Shown: positions 1-9,227 of the stretch, one piece after another
Position numbering within the stretch: the first letter of the stretch is position 1
Layout: each line of letters starts with the position of its first letter
NCBI GenBank assembly: GCA_910576955.1
Contig: CAJTJB010000003.1
Coordinates: 121,750 to 185,749 of the forward strand
Direction of reading: 5' to 3'
Source of the DNA: an uncultured Alphaproteobacteria bacterium
GTDB lineage: Bacteria > Pseudomonadota > Alphaproteobacteria > RF32 > CAG-239
DNA: 64,000 nucleotides
Notes under the pieces: model-generated
What the model was told of the DNA's origin: nothing
What the model saw: the letters and a program-made list of their open reading frames with translations, nothing else
Database searches by the model: none
Program-made: the position numbers and the translations under genes

Positions 1-1079
1 AACGCGCCGATAACCTGCCAGCGGAAAACCTTAATCGAACCGGTCGTCGAGCCCGTGCACCCGCCGTGCATAAAGAGGATAAGAAACACCACAACCGTCC
101 AGCTGCCCCAAGAGATAAAGTCTGATGAGGCGAGCCCCGCGGTGGTGATGGCCGAGATAATGTTAAACGCCGCCCGCCGGAATGCGGTCAGAAAAGGTAT
201 CTCCGCGTCATAAGCATAAAAAATGCTGATAAACAAAATATACCCCGCTACCAGCTTGAGGAAGGCGTTAACCTGCGGGTTGGAGGTCACCGACGCCAGC
301 GTGCGCCTTTTTAAGATAAGCACAAAATAAGTAATCGGCAGCGCGCTTAACAGCAGGAAAACCGCGCATATTGCCTCAATTGTCGGGCTGTCAAAAAAGG
401 CAATCGAATTGTTTTTGGGGCTTAACCCGCCCGTGCCCATGGTTGAAAGCGCAAACGCCACCGCGTCAAACCAGTTCATCCCCGCGTTTTTGAACAAAAC
501 GGCGCATAAAACCGAGAGGAAGATATAAACGAAAATAATGTCTTTGGCAATGTAGCGGATTTTCGGCAAAAACTTTTCTTCGGTGTCAGAGTTTTCTTTG
601 CTGAACAGGTGCGTGCCGCCCGTCCCGAGAAACGGGGTTAAGGCTACTGCGAAAATGATAATTCCGATACCGCCGAGCCCGTTGAGCATCGCCCGCCAGA
701 GGAGCACGGATTTCGGCTGCGCCTCGATATTGCGCAAAATCGTCGAACCGGTGGAGGTAATTCCCGAGGTCGCCTCAAACACGGCGTCATACACAGTCTT
801 AATATCGCCGTTGCCGTAAAGGGGCAGGGCACACACGAGCGGCGCGATAAACCAGCACGTCACCGGAATAAGGTAACCCTGCAAAATCGTGATTTTCTTA
901 ACATCGCCGATATTGGCTAAAAACAGCGCTCCGCCGAGAAACATCGCCGTAAAGCTGCTCTGCAGAAAGATATAGTCAACCCGCCCGCTGTAATAATAAA
1001 GCGCGCCCGCCGGCAGCAGCATCATCAGCCCCAGCACAAACACAATAAACCCATCAATCATCAAAACCGGCCGCCACAT
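1..1079 (-). CDS. trkH: Trk/Ktr-type K+ uptake membrane subunit (TrkH family); N-terminal ~359 codons, C-terminus runs off the left window edge
   Basis: The reverse strand is open from ATG at 1079..1077 to position 1. It is absent from the ORF track because there is no in-window stop. Translation starts MWRPVLMIDGFIVFVLG and contains four pore-loop-like signatures (TSGITSTGST, MGTGGLSP, ITTAGL, GGCTGSTTGSIKVFR) typical of TrkH/KtrB. Confidence 0.85.
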   Translation of the reverse strand, partial: MWRPVLMIDGFIVFVLGLMMLLPAGALYYYSGRVDYIFLQSSFTAMFLGGALFLANIGDVKKITILQGYLIPVTCWFIAPLVCALPLYGNGDIKTVYDAVFEATSGITSTGSTILRNIEAQPKSVLLWRAMLNGLGGIGIIIFAVALTPFLGTGGTHLFSKENSDTEEKFLPKIRYIAKDIIFVYIFLSVLCAVLFKNAGMNWFDAVAFALSTMGTGGLSPKNNSIAFFDSPTIEAICAVFLLLSALPITYFVLILKRRTLASVTSNPQVNAFLKLVAGYILFISIFYAYDAEIPFLTAFRRAAFNIISAITTAGLASSDFISWGSWTVVVFLILFMHGGCTGSTTGSIKVFRWQVIGA

Positions 1080-1148
1080 ATCTTATCACCTTTCTTTTTT
1101 TCATTCATACCACTCCCTTTAGAGGGAAAGCTGTCTTTTTTATTTTTC

Positions 1149-1186
1149 TCCTCCCCCTTGAGGGGGGAGGTTGGGTGGGGGTGAAA
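1149..1186. repeat. Family B G/C-tract hairpin repeat (CCTCCCCCTTGAGGGGGGAGG + TGGGTGGGGGTGA)
   Basis: Perfect hairpin cctccccc-ttga-ggggggagg followed by a G-rich tail. The same module recurs at 2846, 18686 and elsewhere. Confidence 0.9.
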
Positions 1187-1197
1187 ATAATTCATCT

Positions 1198-2730
1198 TTA
1201 CGACACCACTGCCACATACCACCACACAACCGCCGCCATAACCGCAAAGCCATAAAGCAACACCGCCGTTCCTCTCTGCCATGCCGGGGAGAGCTTATCC
1301 GCCGCCAGCGCAAGAATCATTGCCATCGGCAGCGGCAAAAGCGCCACATACCGAAAGTCCTGATTGCACATATACGGGTGCATTAAGCCAAACACTATTT
1401 GTCCGCCGAGCAGTCCGAAGAGTAAAAACACCGCTGTCCACGCATAAACATTTTTTGCCTGCCTGCAAAGCAGATAAATCACCGCACCGGCAACCAGACA
1501 TAAAATCGCTTTATAAACCCATACGAGCACCGCAATCAGTCCCATAATCTCCGCGCCGCGGTAACTGAAGTCCCACTGCCCGAACAACGCCGTTTTCGTC
1601 ATTGTTTCCCACAGGTTAATGCCGAAGTCATTATAAAACATCCGCTCATAAACAAGCGCTCCGAGCGGGTTAAGGCGCTCCCACAGGCTATAAGGTTTGA
1701 GGGGCAGATGTTCCTGCGGTGGCACAAACCCCGCGCCGATGTCCAAAACAAAATGCTGGTATAAAGGCCAGAGCATAATTCCTATAAGCAAACACGCGCC
1801 GAATATCAGCAGCTCATACAGTGTCGCCTTGTCCCGCTTGTTCCACAGCCGAACTCCGAGCAAAAACGCCAAAGCCGGCAACACCAACACGCCCGAAAGC
1901 TTGGTCAGCGCCGCGGCGGTGGCAAATAAAAAGATGAAAAAGAGATTTTTCCGCCCGCCGTTTTGGTAATAGAGCAGAGCGTAATATACCGCTCCGGCTT
2001 GCAACGGCAGCAGCAGGCAGTCATTGTTAAAAAAGCCCGCAATCGCATTATACGTCGGGAAAAAGCACACTAACGCCAGCGCCACCCCGAAAACAAGCCC
2101 GCCAACGTTCAAAACCCGCAAAATCCGCGCCGCAATCAGATAATACCACAGCATATAGCAACAAAACAAGACTTGCGCCGTTTCCGCCGCAGCGGTGGTA
2201 TTGTCCGTAAACAGCTGCACGATGCGAATGCTCCCCGCCGCCAAGAAGAAATGCAAAATCGGGTGATACGCCGAATAGCTCGGACGCGTCAACAGCGGAT
2301 TTTCGTTCCAAAACAAAAAGTTATTTTCTAAAATATATTCAATGTAGTTATAGCACGAGGCAAAGTCATATTGCACATCCGTATGCGCGGTGTTGGTGAT
2401 AAACGCAAGGTTAAAAAACGCCGCCGTATAAATCATCCCGTCGGTCAGAGGCTTTTTCGAGAGCCCGTAAGCGGTGGCGATAAACCCGCCAAACAGCCAC
2501 ACGTTCCATACTTTTGCCGGTAAAATAAATGCAGATAAAGCCAAAACCAGTGCCGTTATTCCGGCAACGGCAAACTTTTTGCCCTGCAGTTCCGGCATGT
2601 TAAAGCCGAGCACAAACGCCATCGCCAGCCACAGGTTAAGGCGTGCCGCATCAAGCCCGTAGCAAACTGCCGCTGCCGTTGCCGCCATAAACGCCGCGCC
2701 CATCGCCGCAAATTTCAAAACCGAACGCAC
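1198..2730 (-). CDS. Polytopic membrane protein, possible GT-C-fold (ArnT/PMT_2-like) glycosyltransferase
   Basis: 510-aa ORF that is almost entirely hydrophobic, with more than 10 predicted TM helices and large loops. The overall look resembles 4-amino-4-deoxy-L-arabinose/mannosyl-transferase-like proteins. No catalytic motif verified. Confidence 0.55.
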   Translation of the reverse strand: MRSVLKFAAMGAAFMAATAAAVCYGLDAARLNLWLAMAFVLGFNMPELQGKKFAVAGITALVLALSAFILPAKVWNVWLFGGFIATAYGLSKKPLTDGMIYTAAFFNLAFITNTAHTDVQYDFASCYNYIEYILENNFLFWNENPLLTRPSYSAYHPILHFFLAAGSIRIVQLFTDNTTAAAETAQVLFCCYMLWYYLIAARILRVLNVGGLVFGVALALVCFFPTYNAIAGFFNNDCLLLPLQAGAVYYALLYYQNGGRKNLFFIFLFATAAALTKLSGVLVLPALAFLLGVRLWNKRDKATLYELLIFGACLLIGIMLWPLYQHFVLDIGAGFVPPQEHLPLKPYSLWERLNPLGALVYERMFYNDFGINLWETMTKTALFGQWDFSYRGAEIMGLIAVLVWVYKAILCLVAGAVIYLLCRQAKNVYAWTAVFLLFGLLGGQIVFGLMHPYMCNQDFRYVALLPLPMAMILALAADKLSPAWQRGTAVLLYGFAVMAAVVWWYVAVVS

Positions 2731-2845
2731 GGTTTAACCCTCCGCATAAAAAAATCATTTAAATTCAGCTAACAATTTTTAAACCTTAAAGTCAAGCTTA
2801 AGCAAAGCGTTATACTCATTAAACAACTCTGAACATACCTCGTTT

Positions 2846-2947
2846 CCTCCCCCTCTCCTATCCTCCCCCGCCTTGGGGGGAGGGACACCTTGCCGCACAA
2901 CCTCCCCTCCCCCTTGAGGGGGGAGGATGGGTGGGGGTGACAACAAT
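2846..2947. repeat. Composite family B repeat (two G/C-tract hairpins)
   Basis: cctcccccgccttggggggagg and cctcccctcccccttgaggggggaggatgggtgggggtgacaaca; near-identical to the 1149 and 18686 copies. Confidence 0.85.
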
Positions 2948-3054
2948 CTATCCTTTAACTTCCCCCTTTCTCTTAAACGTCATCCCTCCCTTGGTAATGG
3001 TGGTAAGGGGGGCGGCGGAACTTCCGGTTATACATAATCTTTTCAAAATATCGC

Positions 3055-3083
3055 TTGCCAGATTCCAAAACTTATGCTAAAAT
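3055..3083 (+). promoter_or_regulatory. Sigma70-like promoter of the vWA/AAA+ operon
   Basis: TTGCCA (3055-3060), 17-nt spacer, TAAAAT (3078-3083). It lies 34 nt upstream of ATG 3117, and a GGAGG RBS sits at 3108-3112. Confidence 0.6.
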
Positions 3084-3089
3084 AGCATA
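3073..3089. promoter_or_regulatory. Perfect 7-3-7 palindrome overlapping the -10 box (operator-like)
   Basis: TATGCTA-AAA-TAGCATA, read directly from the sequence. Confidence 0.45.
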
Positions 3090-3116
3090 AAGTTTAAAAA
3101 AAATATCGGAGGCGCA

Positions 3117-6100
3117 ATGCTGAACGGCTTAAAAAATATCTTAAAAGGGCAGCGCGAAAAAGCTGAAGAGATAATCGGCGATAAAGAAAAGTATCAGCAG
3201 GAAGCCAAAGTCCGCCATATTAAGGATATTGTCAAAAGCCCGTTAAACCGCTTGCGTATTGAGTTTTCTTCAAATTTTTTGACTGCCGATTGCAAAAACA
3301 AAATCACCGAAGAGTATATTCGTAAGCTGCATTCCAAAATAGAAACGGCGTTTGCAACCGATGAGGATAAAAAGGAAATTTTTGCCGCCCATCAGGAAAA
3401 TTTTGAGCATTTTCTCGCGACCGGCGATATTAAAACCCCGCTAAACCTCAAAGACGAAGAATCGCAACTGTTTTGGGGCGCAGCGTTGGCGCTGTATGCC
3501 GTCCATCCCGAAATGGCGAAAAAGTGGAATAACCGCAACCATAATCCGGACATCACCAAAAGCACGATTTGGCGGCGTATTGCCTCGTCTACCTATATGA
3601 AGCAGGAGCTGCAGAAACACGCGGCAATTTTGGAAAATTCTTTAAGCAATCCGGATGCCAAAATCGTCTGGAGTGCCCACGGTTACCCGAACATCAGCTA
3701 TTGCTTTATCCCCGATAAAAACCTGATTATCGATGATATGCTCTGGACACTGGTTGCCGGGGCGGATGCGGCAGCGCCGGCGATAAACCACGAAATTGCC
3801 CACTCGCAGGGAACGCAAATCACCAAATCCCCGCGGATGGAAGAAATTGACAAGCGCCAAAAAGAACTGATGGGTATAATGCGCACCGCTTCCCGCAGCA
3901 AAGACCGTGCGGCGTATAACAAAGCAGCCAAAGAGGCGACGCGTTTAAAGCTTGAGTTTCAATATCGGTTTTATTTTTTGGACGAGCTTGAAAATATGTA
4001 TGCAAACCGATTCGCGGTTAATTTCGGCGGCGAATATGACGCGGCGCATTTAAACGAGTTGGAAACGGATATTAACGTCGGCGCCAAATACCTTGCGCCG
4101 AAAAGCATTGAAGAAGCGGAAAAAGCATTTAAACAGTCGGCTAATCAGCGGATTATGCATATTAAAGCCATTGCCCGCAACAGCTTTTTTGCCAATAATG
4201 AACTGATTTCGCCGCTCAAATTTGAAGAATGGCACGCGTTGCATCTTTATCCGGAACTGTTAAGCGGCAAAGATGCGGACGGGCACCATTTGGGGGCAGC
4301 AGAGTGTTTTGAGCGTATTCGTGAAATTTGTGATAAGTTTGAAGCAAGCCAGCCGAGTCCGCGGCTTAAAAACTTAAATAAAAAGATGTATCAATCCCGT
4401 ATGACCGCCATGAGCAAACGCCGCGCGGCGATGGTGGATGAGTTTTTTGATACATTTGTCGCCCCGCATATGGAAGAATTGTATAAAGAGGCTGAAAAAA
4501 AGTTTGATGAGCAAGATAAGCAGTTACAAAGCCAAATGCAAAATCAGCAACAACAAAGCCAGCAGCAGGAGAACCAACAAGGTCAAGGCAGCGACCAAGA
4601 CCAGCAGCAGGAGAACCGGCAAGGTCAGGGTAACGACCAAGACCAGCAGCAGGAAAACCAGCAAGGACAGGGCAGCGACCAAGACCAGCAGCAGGAGAAC
4701 CAACAGGGTCAGGGCAAAGACCAAGACCAGCAGCAGGAGAACCGGCAAGGTCAGGGCAGCGACCAAGACCAGCAGCAGGAAAACCAACAGGGTCAAGGCG
4801 GTAACCAAGACCAGCAGCAGGAGAACCAGCAAGGACAGAGCAACGGTCAGCAGCAGGAGAACCTGCAAGGTCAGGGTAACGACCAGAACCAACAACAGGA
4901 GAACCAGCAAGGTCAGGGTAACGACCAGAACCAACAACAGGAGAACCAACAGGGGCAGGGTAACGACCAAGACCAGCAGCAGGAGAGCCAGCAAGGGCAG
5001 GGCAACGACCAGAACCAGCAGCAAGAGAACCGACAAGGTCAAGGCAACGACCAGAACCAGCAACAGGAGAACCAACAAGGTCAGGGTAACGACCAGAACC
5101 AGCAGCAGGAGAACCAGCAAGGGCAGAGCAACGGTCAGCAGCAAAACGAACAAAACAGCGATGCGCAAGAAGAAAACGCTTCAAACGATATGCCCGAGGG
5201 GTTTCCGCCGATGGAGCAGTTTGAACTGCCGGATACCGATAGCCAATACCGCCCGAAACTGACGGAAGAGGAAATAAAAGACCTGCTCGAAAAAGCCGAG
5301 AATTTGCAAGATTTGAAAAAGCTTCTTGAAAAAGCCGGCGATAAAGAAAACGGTGAAGAAAATAAAGACGGTCAAACCCCGCAAAAAACTCAAGGCTCAA
5401 ACCAAGACCTCAATGATAACGAACAAACAAACGACAACCTCGAAGATTACATTCCGCAAAACGACTATCCGACACTGATAGACATTGACAGTATGAAAAA
5501 GCTCAAAGGCGACGAAATGCAGGCTGCGCGTTTTTATCGCGAAGGCAATTGGGACGAATACCAAAAATACATAGCGCAATACGCCAACGAAATTGCGCAA
5601 GCCAAAAAGCTGATTGCCGAGATTATCAAACAAAACAAGCTGGACAGCGTCCGCCGCGGGCACGAAAAGATTAAAGAAAAAATGACTAAACTGCCGGTTC
5701 AGGGCGGGCGGACGATAGACCTGCAGCGTCACGTTGCGCTCGAGCAAAAGCTCCGCCGCGGCGATCCGAACATCACCCGCAAAGATTTGGAGCGTTTTCG
5801 CACCAAATATAAATATTCCGAAGACGAGATAATCAAAGAAATCCAAATTCCGCAGTCCAACTTCGGCATCCTGATTGACGGCTCGGGCTCGATGACCGGA
5901 CGCCCGTTTGAAAATGCGCTTGCCATCTCGTGCATTTTGTATGAAGCTGCCCGCAGTTTCAAAGAGATAAACGTTTATATTTATATGATGGGTCAGCCGA
6001 TACCGTTAACGGTAGCTCTTCCGGATGATGCCACCAAAAAAATTGCCGAAAGGCTGGAGAGCGTGCGCGATGGGCAGGGAGGTTGCAATGACTTTTTAAC

Positions 6101-6521
6101 CCCCGCCATTCGCCAGCTCTTAACCGATGTGTCCGAAAATATGCAGCAACATCCGCACGTTAAAAGCGGTTTTACGCACATTTTCTCCATCACCGATGGC
6201 GGCAATAACGATTATGGCAGCGTAGATGTAAATACCTGCATCGAAAAGCTGTTGGAGAAAAATGAACAAATCACGTTTGACAGTTTCTTCGTTGACGGCG
6301 GCTGGCGCAATTATACCAAACCGTTGATAGAAAAGCTCAAAAAACAGGGCTCAACACAAATTGATTGCGTGGATAATATCGATACGCCCGATAAAATCCC
6401 TGCGGCAATTACCGAAATGTTGAAAAAAAGAATGAAAAACAGCCAAATTAAAGCCCCGCAAACCAATAGTATTAAGCAAAAGTTAATAAATGATGCGCTA
6501 AAAAGCATTAAATGGCGTTAA
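3117..6521 (+). CDS. Large HExxH-motif / Gln-rich repeat / C-terminal von Willebrand A (MIDAS) protein
   Basis: 1134-aa ORF. HEIAH at nt 3789-3803. 14 Q/N/D-rich tandem units at 4560-5135. C-terminal vWA domain with DGSGSM (5877-5894), GGCND and SITDGG, together forming a full MIDAS-like set. Confidence 0.8.
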   Translation: MLNGLKNILKGQREKAEEIIGDKEKYQQEAKVRHIKDIVKSPLNRLRIEFSSNFLTADCKNKITEEYIRKLHSKIETAFATDEDKKEIFAAHQENFEHFLATGDIKTPLNLKDEESQLFWGAALALYAVHPEMAKKWNNRNHNPDITKSTIWRRIASSTYMKQELQKHAAILENSLSNPDAKIVWSAHGYPNISYCFIPDKNLIIDDMLWTLVAGADAAAPAINHEIAHSQGTQITKSPRMEEIDKRQKELMGIMRTASRSKDRAAYNKAAKEATRLKLEFQYRFYFLDELENMYANRFAVNFGGEYDAAHLNELETDINVGAKYLAPKSIEEAEKAFKQSANQRIMHIKAIARNSFFANNELISPLKFEEWHALHLYPELLSGKDADGHHLGAAECFERIREICDKFEASQPSPRLKNLNKKMYQSRMTAMSKRRAAMVDEFFDTFVAPHMEELYKEAEKKFDEQDKQLQSQMQNQQQQSQQQENQQGQGSDQDQQQENRQGQGNDQDQQQENQQGQGSDQDQQQENQQGQGKDQDQQQENRQGQGSDQDQQQENQQGQGGNQDQQQENQQGQSNGQQQENLQGQGNDQNQQQENQQGQGNDQNQQQENQQGQGNDQDQQQESQQGQGNDQNQQQENRQGQGNDQNQQQENQQGQGNDQNQQQENQQGQSNGQQQNEQNSDAQEENASNDMPEGFPPMEQFELPDTDSQYRPKLTEEEIKDLLEKAENLQDLKKLLEKAGDKENGEENKDGQTPQKTQGSNQDLNDNEQTNDNLEDYIPQNDYPTLIDIDSMKKLKGDEMQAARFYREGNWDEYQKYIAQYANEIAQAKKLIAEIIKQNKLDSVRRGHEKIKEKMTKLPVQGGRTIDLQRHVALEQKLRRGDPNITRKDLERFRTKYKYSEDEIIKEIQIPQSNFGILIDGSGSMTGRPFENALAISCILYEAARSFKEINVYIYMMGQPIPLTVALPDDATKKIAERLESVRDGQGGCNDFLTPAIRQLLTDVSENMQQHPHVKSGFTHIFSITDGGNNDYGSVDVNTCIEKLLEKNEQITFDSFFVDGGWRNYTKPLIEKLKKQGSTQIDCVDNIDTPDKIPAAITEMLKKRMKNSQIKAPQTNSIKQKLINDALKSIKWR
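4560..5135 (+). repeat. In-frame 42-bp tandem repeat, 14 units (QQQENQQGQG[S/N]DQ[D/N]), organised as 2 x 288-bp super-repeats
   Basis: 12 units of 42 bp plus 2 shortened 36-bp units (QQQENQQGQSNG) at positions 7 and 14. The halves are 4560-4847 and 4848-5135. Confidence 0.95.
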
Positions 6522-6597
6522 AAAGGCGGCAAAACCGGTTGCGCAAACGGATAAAAAATGATACAATAAAAGCAAAGGCATAAGAAGGAGAATAAAA

Positions 6598-9225
6598 ATG
6601 GCAAAAATATACAGACACAAATTCGGCACCCCTGCATATCCGATACCGATTGCCGACAAGCTCACCGGCGAAATCACTTGGCTTGCGGACGAAGAAAATG
6701 CCGTTTACATCCCCACCATGCGTAATGAAGATAAAGATCGCATATACGGGCGTTTCATCCGTCAGGTAGTGACCGATCCGACGATGATGAAAGATATGAC
6801 CGAAATGCTGTTAAGGCTTGATAAAAGCCGCACGCCAGCCGAGAGCAAAAGCTACGGTTACACCACCATGGGCGCCCCCGGTAACGGTAAAACCTTTTTA
6901 GCCAAATCCATCGGCGAACTGGTACACCCCAAAGGCGCAATTATCGTAGACTGCAATAATATCGATAACCCCGACGAGCTTTTTAAGGTAACAACTTTCA
7001 GCGTGGACCAGACCCGCAAGCAGCGCAAGGTGGATGCCGCCATCCGCATGGGAAATCACGACCCCGAAAATCCGTTTTCGCAAAATGCCGTGGCGTATAT
7101 GAAAAAGATGTTCGGCAATGAAATTGTAACTCAAGAAACCCGTGACGGCAGAAAGATTACCGCCGTGGATTGGAATGCGATAAAACAAGACCCTGCTTAT
7201 GTTGAAGCCGTGCTCGACCGCGTGATGGAAATTGCCGAGATTAAATATGAAAAAGAAGCAAGCTCTTTGGGCTTTGTCGTCAGCAACGGTCCTTTGCTGC
7301 AGGCGTTAATCGACCCCGAGTCGCCGGATTACGGACGTATGGTCATCCGCGATGAGTCAAACCGCGGACCGGCTGTGGACGCATGGCTGCGCATTCAGGC
7401 GTTTTTCTCCGAGCCGTCTGCCGAAGAATTGAAATTAAAAGGCGAAGACGATAAAGAAATGGTCATCCGCCGCTCCGAAATTCCCGACACGTTTATGTTT
7501 TTGGGCACGGCAAATAATGCCACCGAAGATATGGGCTTAAGCGCCAAAGAGCTGACCAAGCCGATGATTTCCCGTGAAGGTATGGGCATTGATATCCGCC
7601 AGATTTCAGACCCCGAAAAGGCAGACTTTATCTCGCGTACGTTAAAGCACTTAACCGGCGTTCCCGCCTATCATGTTTATATGATGGATCCCGAATATTT
7701 TGACCGCCGCCCCGACGAGCTGGCAAAAACCTTAATGCACCTGCGCACCGTCGGTTTAACGCCGGAAGAGAAAAAGAAAATCCCGCAGGAGGAAAAATTT
7801 AACATCGAGCATATCGACCGCACCATCGAGGTTGCTACCCAATACGGCAGCTTAATCGCCGAGGCGGAAAATATCGTCCGTCAGGCGATAAAAGATGACA
7901 GCCTGCCCACAGCCTATACCGATTATCTGCAAAATCAGGTTGTGCTTGATTTGCGTTATGTTTATAAGCTCTATCAGCATTCCAAAATCAGCCACCCGAC
8001 GGTGAAAGCCAAAGGCAAAGGCTTGTTTGCCGGATTAGGGAAGAAAGAAACCACGCAAACGCAGGAGGAAATCGCTTGGGAGATGAACAAGCGCATTGCC
8101 AAGCGCGAAAAAGACCAGTTGCTCGTGCGCGGCACAAGGCTTGAAAACGAAGTCGCAACCAAGCTGCATGATATGATAATCCCCGACAGTATCAATAATA
8201 TGCTCAAAGATTCGGAAGATGCAGCAGCCGATTACGGCAAAATCGAGGGCTTGTGGAAATCGCTCGTGCACACGGCGAAAGGCTTAAAGTTTGAATATGC
8301 CGGCTATGTTGGGGAAGATTCGGTTGCGCAGACCTATAATGCCCGTCCCGAAGACCTACCGAATGTTGCGCTCGACGAGATTAAGGAAGTTCTGATAAGT
8401 TCCATCAACCGCGAATACAAAGAGCAGCTGCAGCCCGAGGATGTGTTTGATGACGACACGCTGCTTGAAGCCGTGCAGCTGATGGCAAAAGAAGACGATA
8501 TGAAACACATTCTCGTGCCGAATCATGATATTGAAACCACCGTTGAAGAACCGGTGTTAAAAACCTATATCGCCTCCACGCAAAAGCAGCAGATTGCCCG
8601 CGAAGAGCTGATAACCGCCGCGCAGTTTGCCGACAGTCTGATATATAAAAATATGCGTAAATACAACATTCGCAAATATGCCGATGAAAAGCCCGACCTG
8701 TCGGAAACGGATGGTAATGCGGCAAGCCGCCGCATCGCCTTGGGAAAAGACGCTGATTTCTTCACCACCAGCGTGTTGGTAAATGACGAAGAGGGGCAGG
8801 ATTTTGGCTTTGCCTCGGTTATTTATAACAAAGGCAATCAAAATGCGATGATTTTGGCAACGTTTGACATTAACGCCGACAGTCGCGCCAAATTAAGCAA
8901 AGCCGGCGTTTTGTTCGTGAACTTAAAGCGCGAAAAAAGCGATGCCGAAGCCGAGCGCGATTATAAGCTGATAGCAAACTATCTTGAAGACCAAACTACG
9001 CAGTGTCTGGATAGCGAGGTCAAACCGTCGCATATTGTTTCGTCGTTAATGCTGCGCATTGAAAAAGACTTGGCAGAAGACGGCACGGTTGAAGATTATT
9101 GCCAATATCTGCAAGGCTTATCGGGCGAAGAACTGGCTGTATGCGATGCCGTGCAGCTGACCAACATCGGCTATGAAGAAAACCAAACCCTGCAACAAGC
9201 ATTAGCAGGAAGAAAGGGGAGATAA
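6598..9225 (+). CDS. AAA+ ATPase of the AAA_5 / MoxR-CbbQ-NorQ-like type with a long C-terminal extension
   Basis: 875 aa. Walker A GAPGNGKT (6871-6894). Walker B region MVIRDESNRGP (DExNR type, 7351-). FLGTANN sensor-like segment. AGGAG RBS upstream of the ATG. Confidence 0.8.
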   Translation: MAKIYRHKFGTPAYPIPIADKLTGEITWLADEENAVYIPTMRNEDKDRIYGRFIRQVVTDPTMMKDMTEMLLRLDKSRTPAESKSYGYTTMGAPGNGKTFLAKSIGELVHPKGAIIVDCNNIDNPDELFKVTTFSVDQTRKQRKVDAAIRMGNHDPENPFSQNAVAYMKKMFGNEIVTQETRDGRKITAVDWNAIKQDPAYVEAVLDRVMEIAEIKYEKEASSLGFVVSNGPLLQALIDPESPDYGRMVIRDESNRGPAVDAWLRIQAFFSEPSAEELKLKGEDDKEMVIRRSEIPDTFMFLGTANNATEDMGLSAKELTKPMISREGMGIDIRQISDPEKADFISRTLKHLTGVPAYHVYMMDPEYFDRRPDELAKTLMHLRTVGLTPEEKKKIPQEEKFNIEHIDRTIEVATQYGSLIAEAENIVRQAIKDDSLPTAYTDYLQNQVVLDLRYVYKLYQHSKISHPTVKAKGKGLFAGLGKKETTQTQEEIAWEMNKRIAKREKDQLLVRGTRLENEVATKLHDMIIPDSINNMLKDSEDAAADYGKIEGLWKSLVHTAKGLKFEYAGYVGEDSVAQTYNARPEDLPNVALDEIKEVLISSINREYKEQLQPEDVFDDDTLLEAVQLMAKEDDMKHILVPNHDIETTVEEPVLKTYIASTQKQQIAREELITAAQFADSLIYKNMRKYNIRKYADEKPDLSETDGNAASRRIALGKDADFFTTSVLVNDEEGQDFGFASVIYNKGNQNAMILATFDINADSRAKLSKAGVLFVNLKREKSDAEAERDYKLIANYLEDQTTQCLDSEVKPSHIVSSLMLRIEKDLAEDGTVEDYCQYLQGLSGEELAVCDAVQLTNIGYEENQTLQQALAGRKGR

Positions 9226-9227
9226 TT

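Noticed and set aside
1061-1386. Small ORFs at 1061-1282 (minus), 1171-1386 (plus) and 583-832
   Set aside because: They overlap trkH or the family B repeat and the 3' end of the 510-aa membrane protein, have no RBS and are low-complexity.
4366-5400. Three long ORFs in other frames or on the other strand across the Gln-rich repeat (4366-5400 minus, 4438-5262 plus, 4524-5168 minus)
   Set aside because: They exist only because the 42-bp repeat lacks stops in several frames. Their products are pure low-complexity (LLLLVLVV.., SSRRT..), and they lie wholly inside a well-supported 1134-aa gene that has flanking non-repetitive domains.
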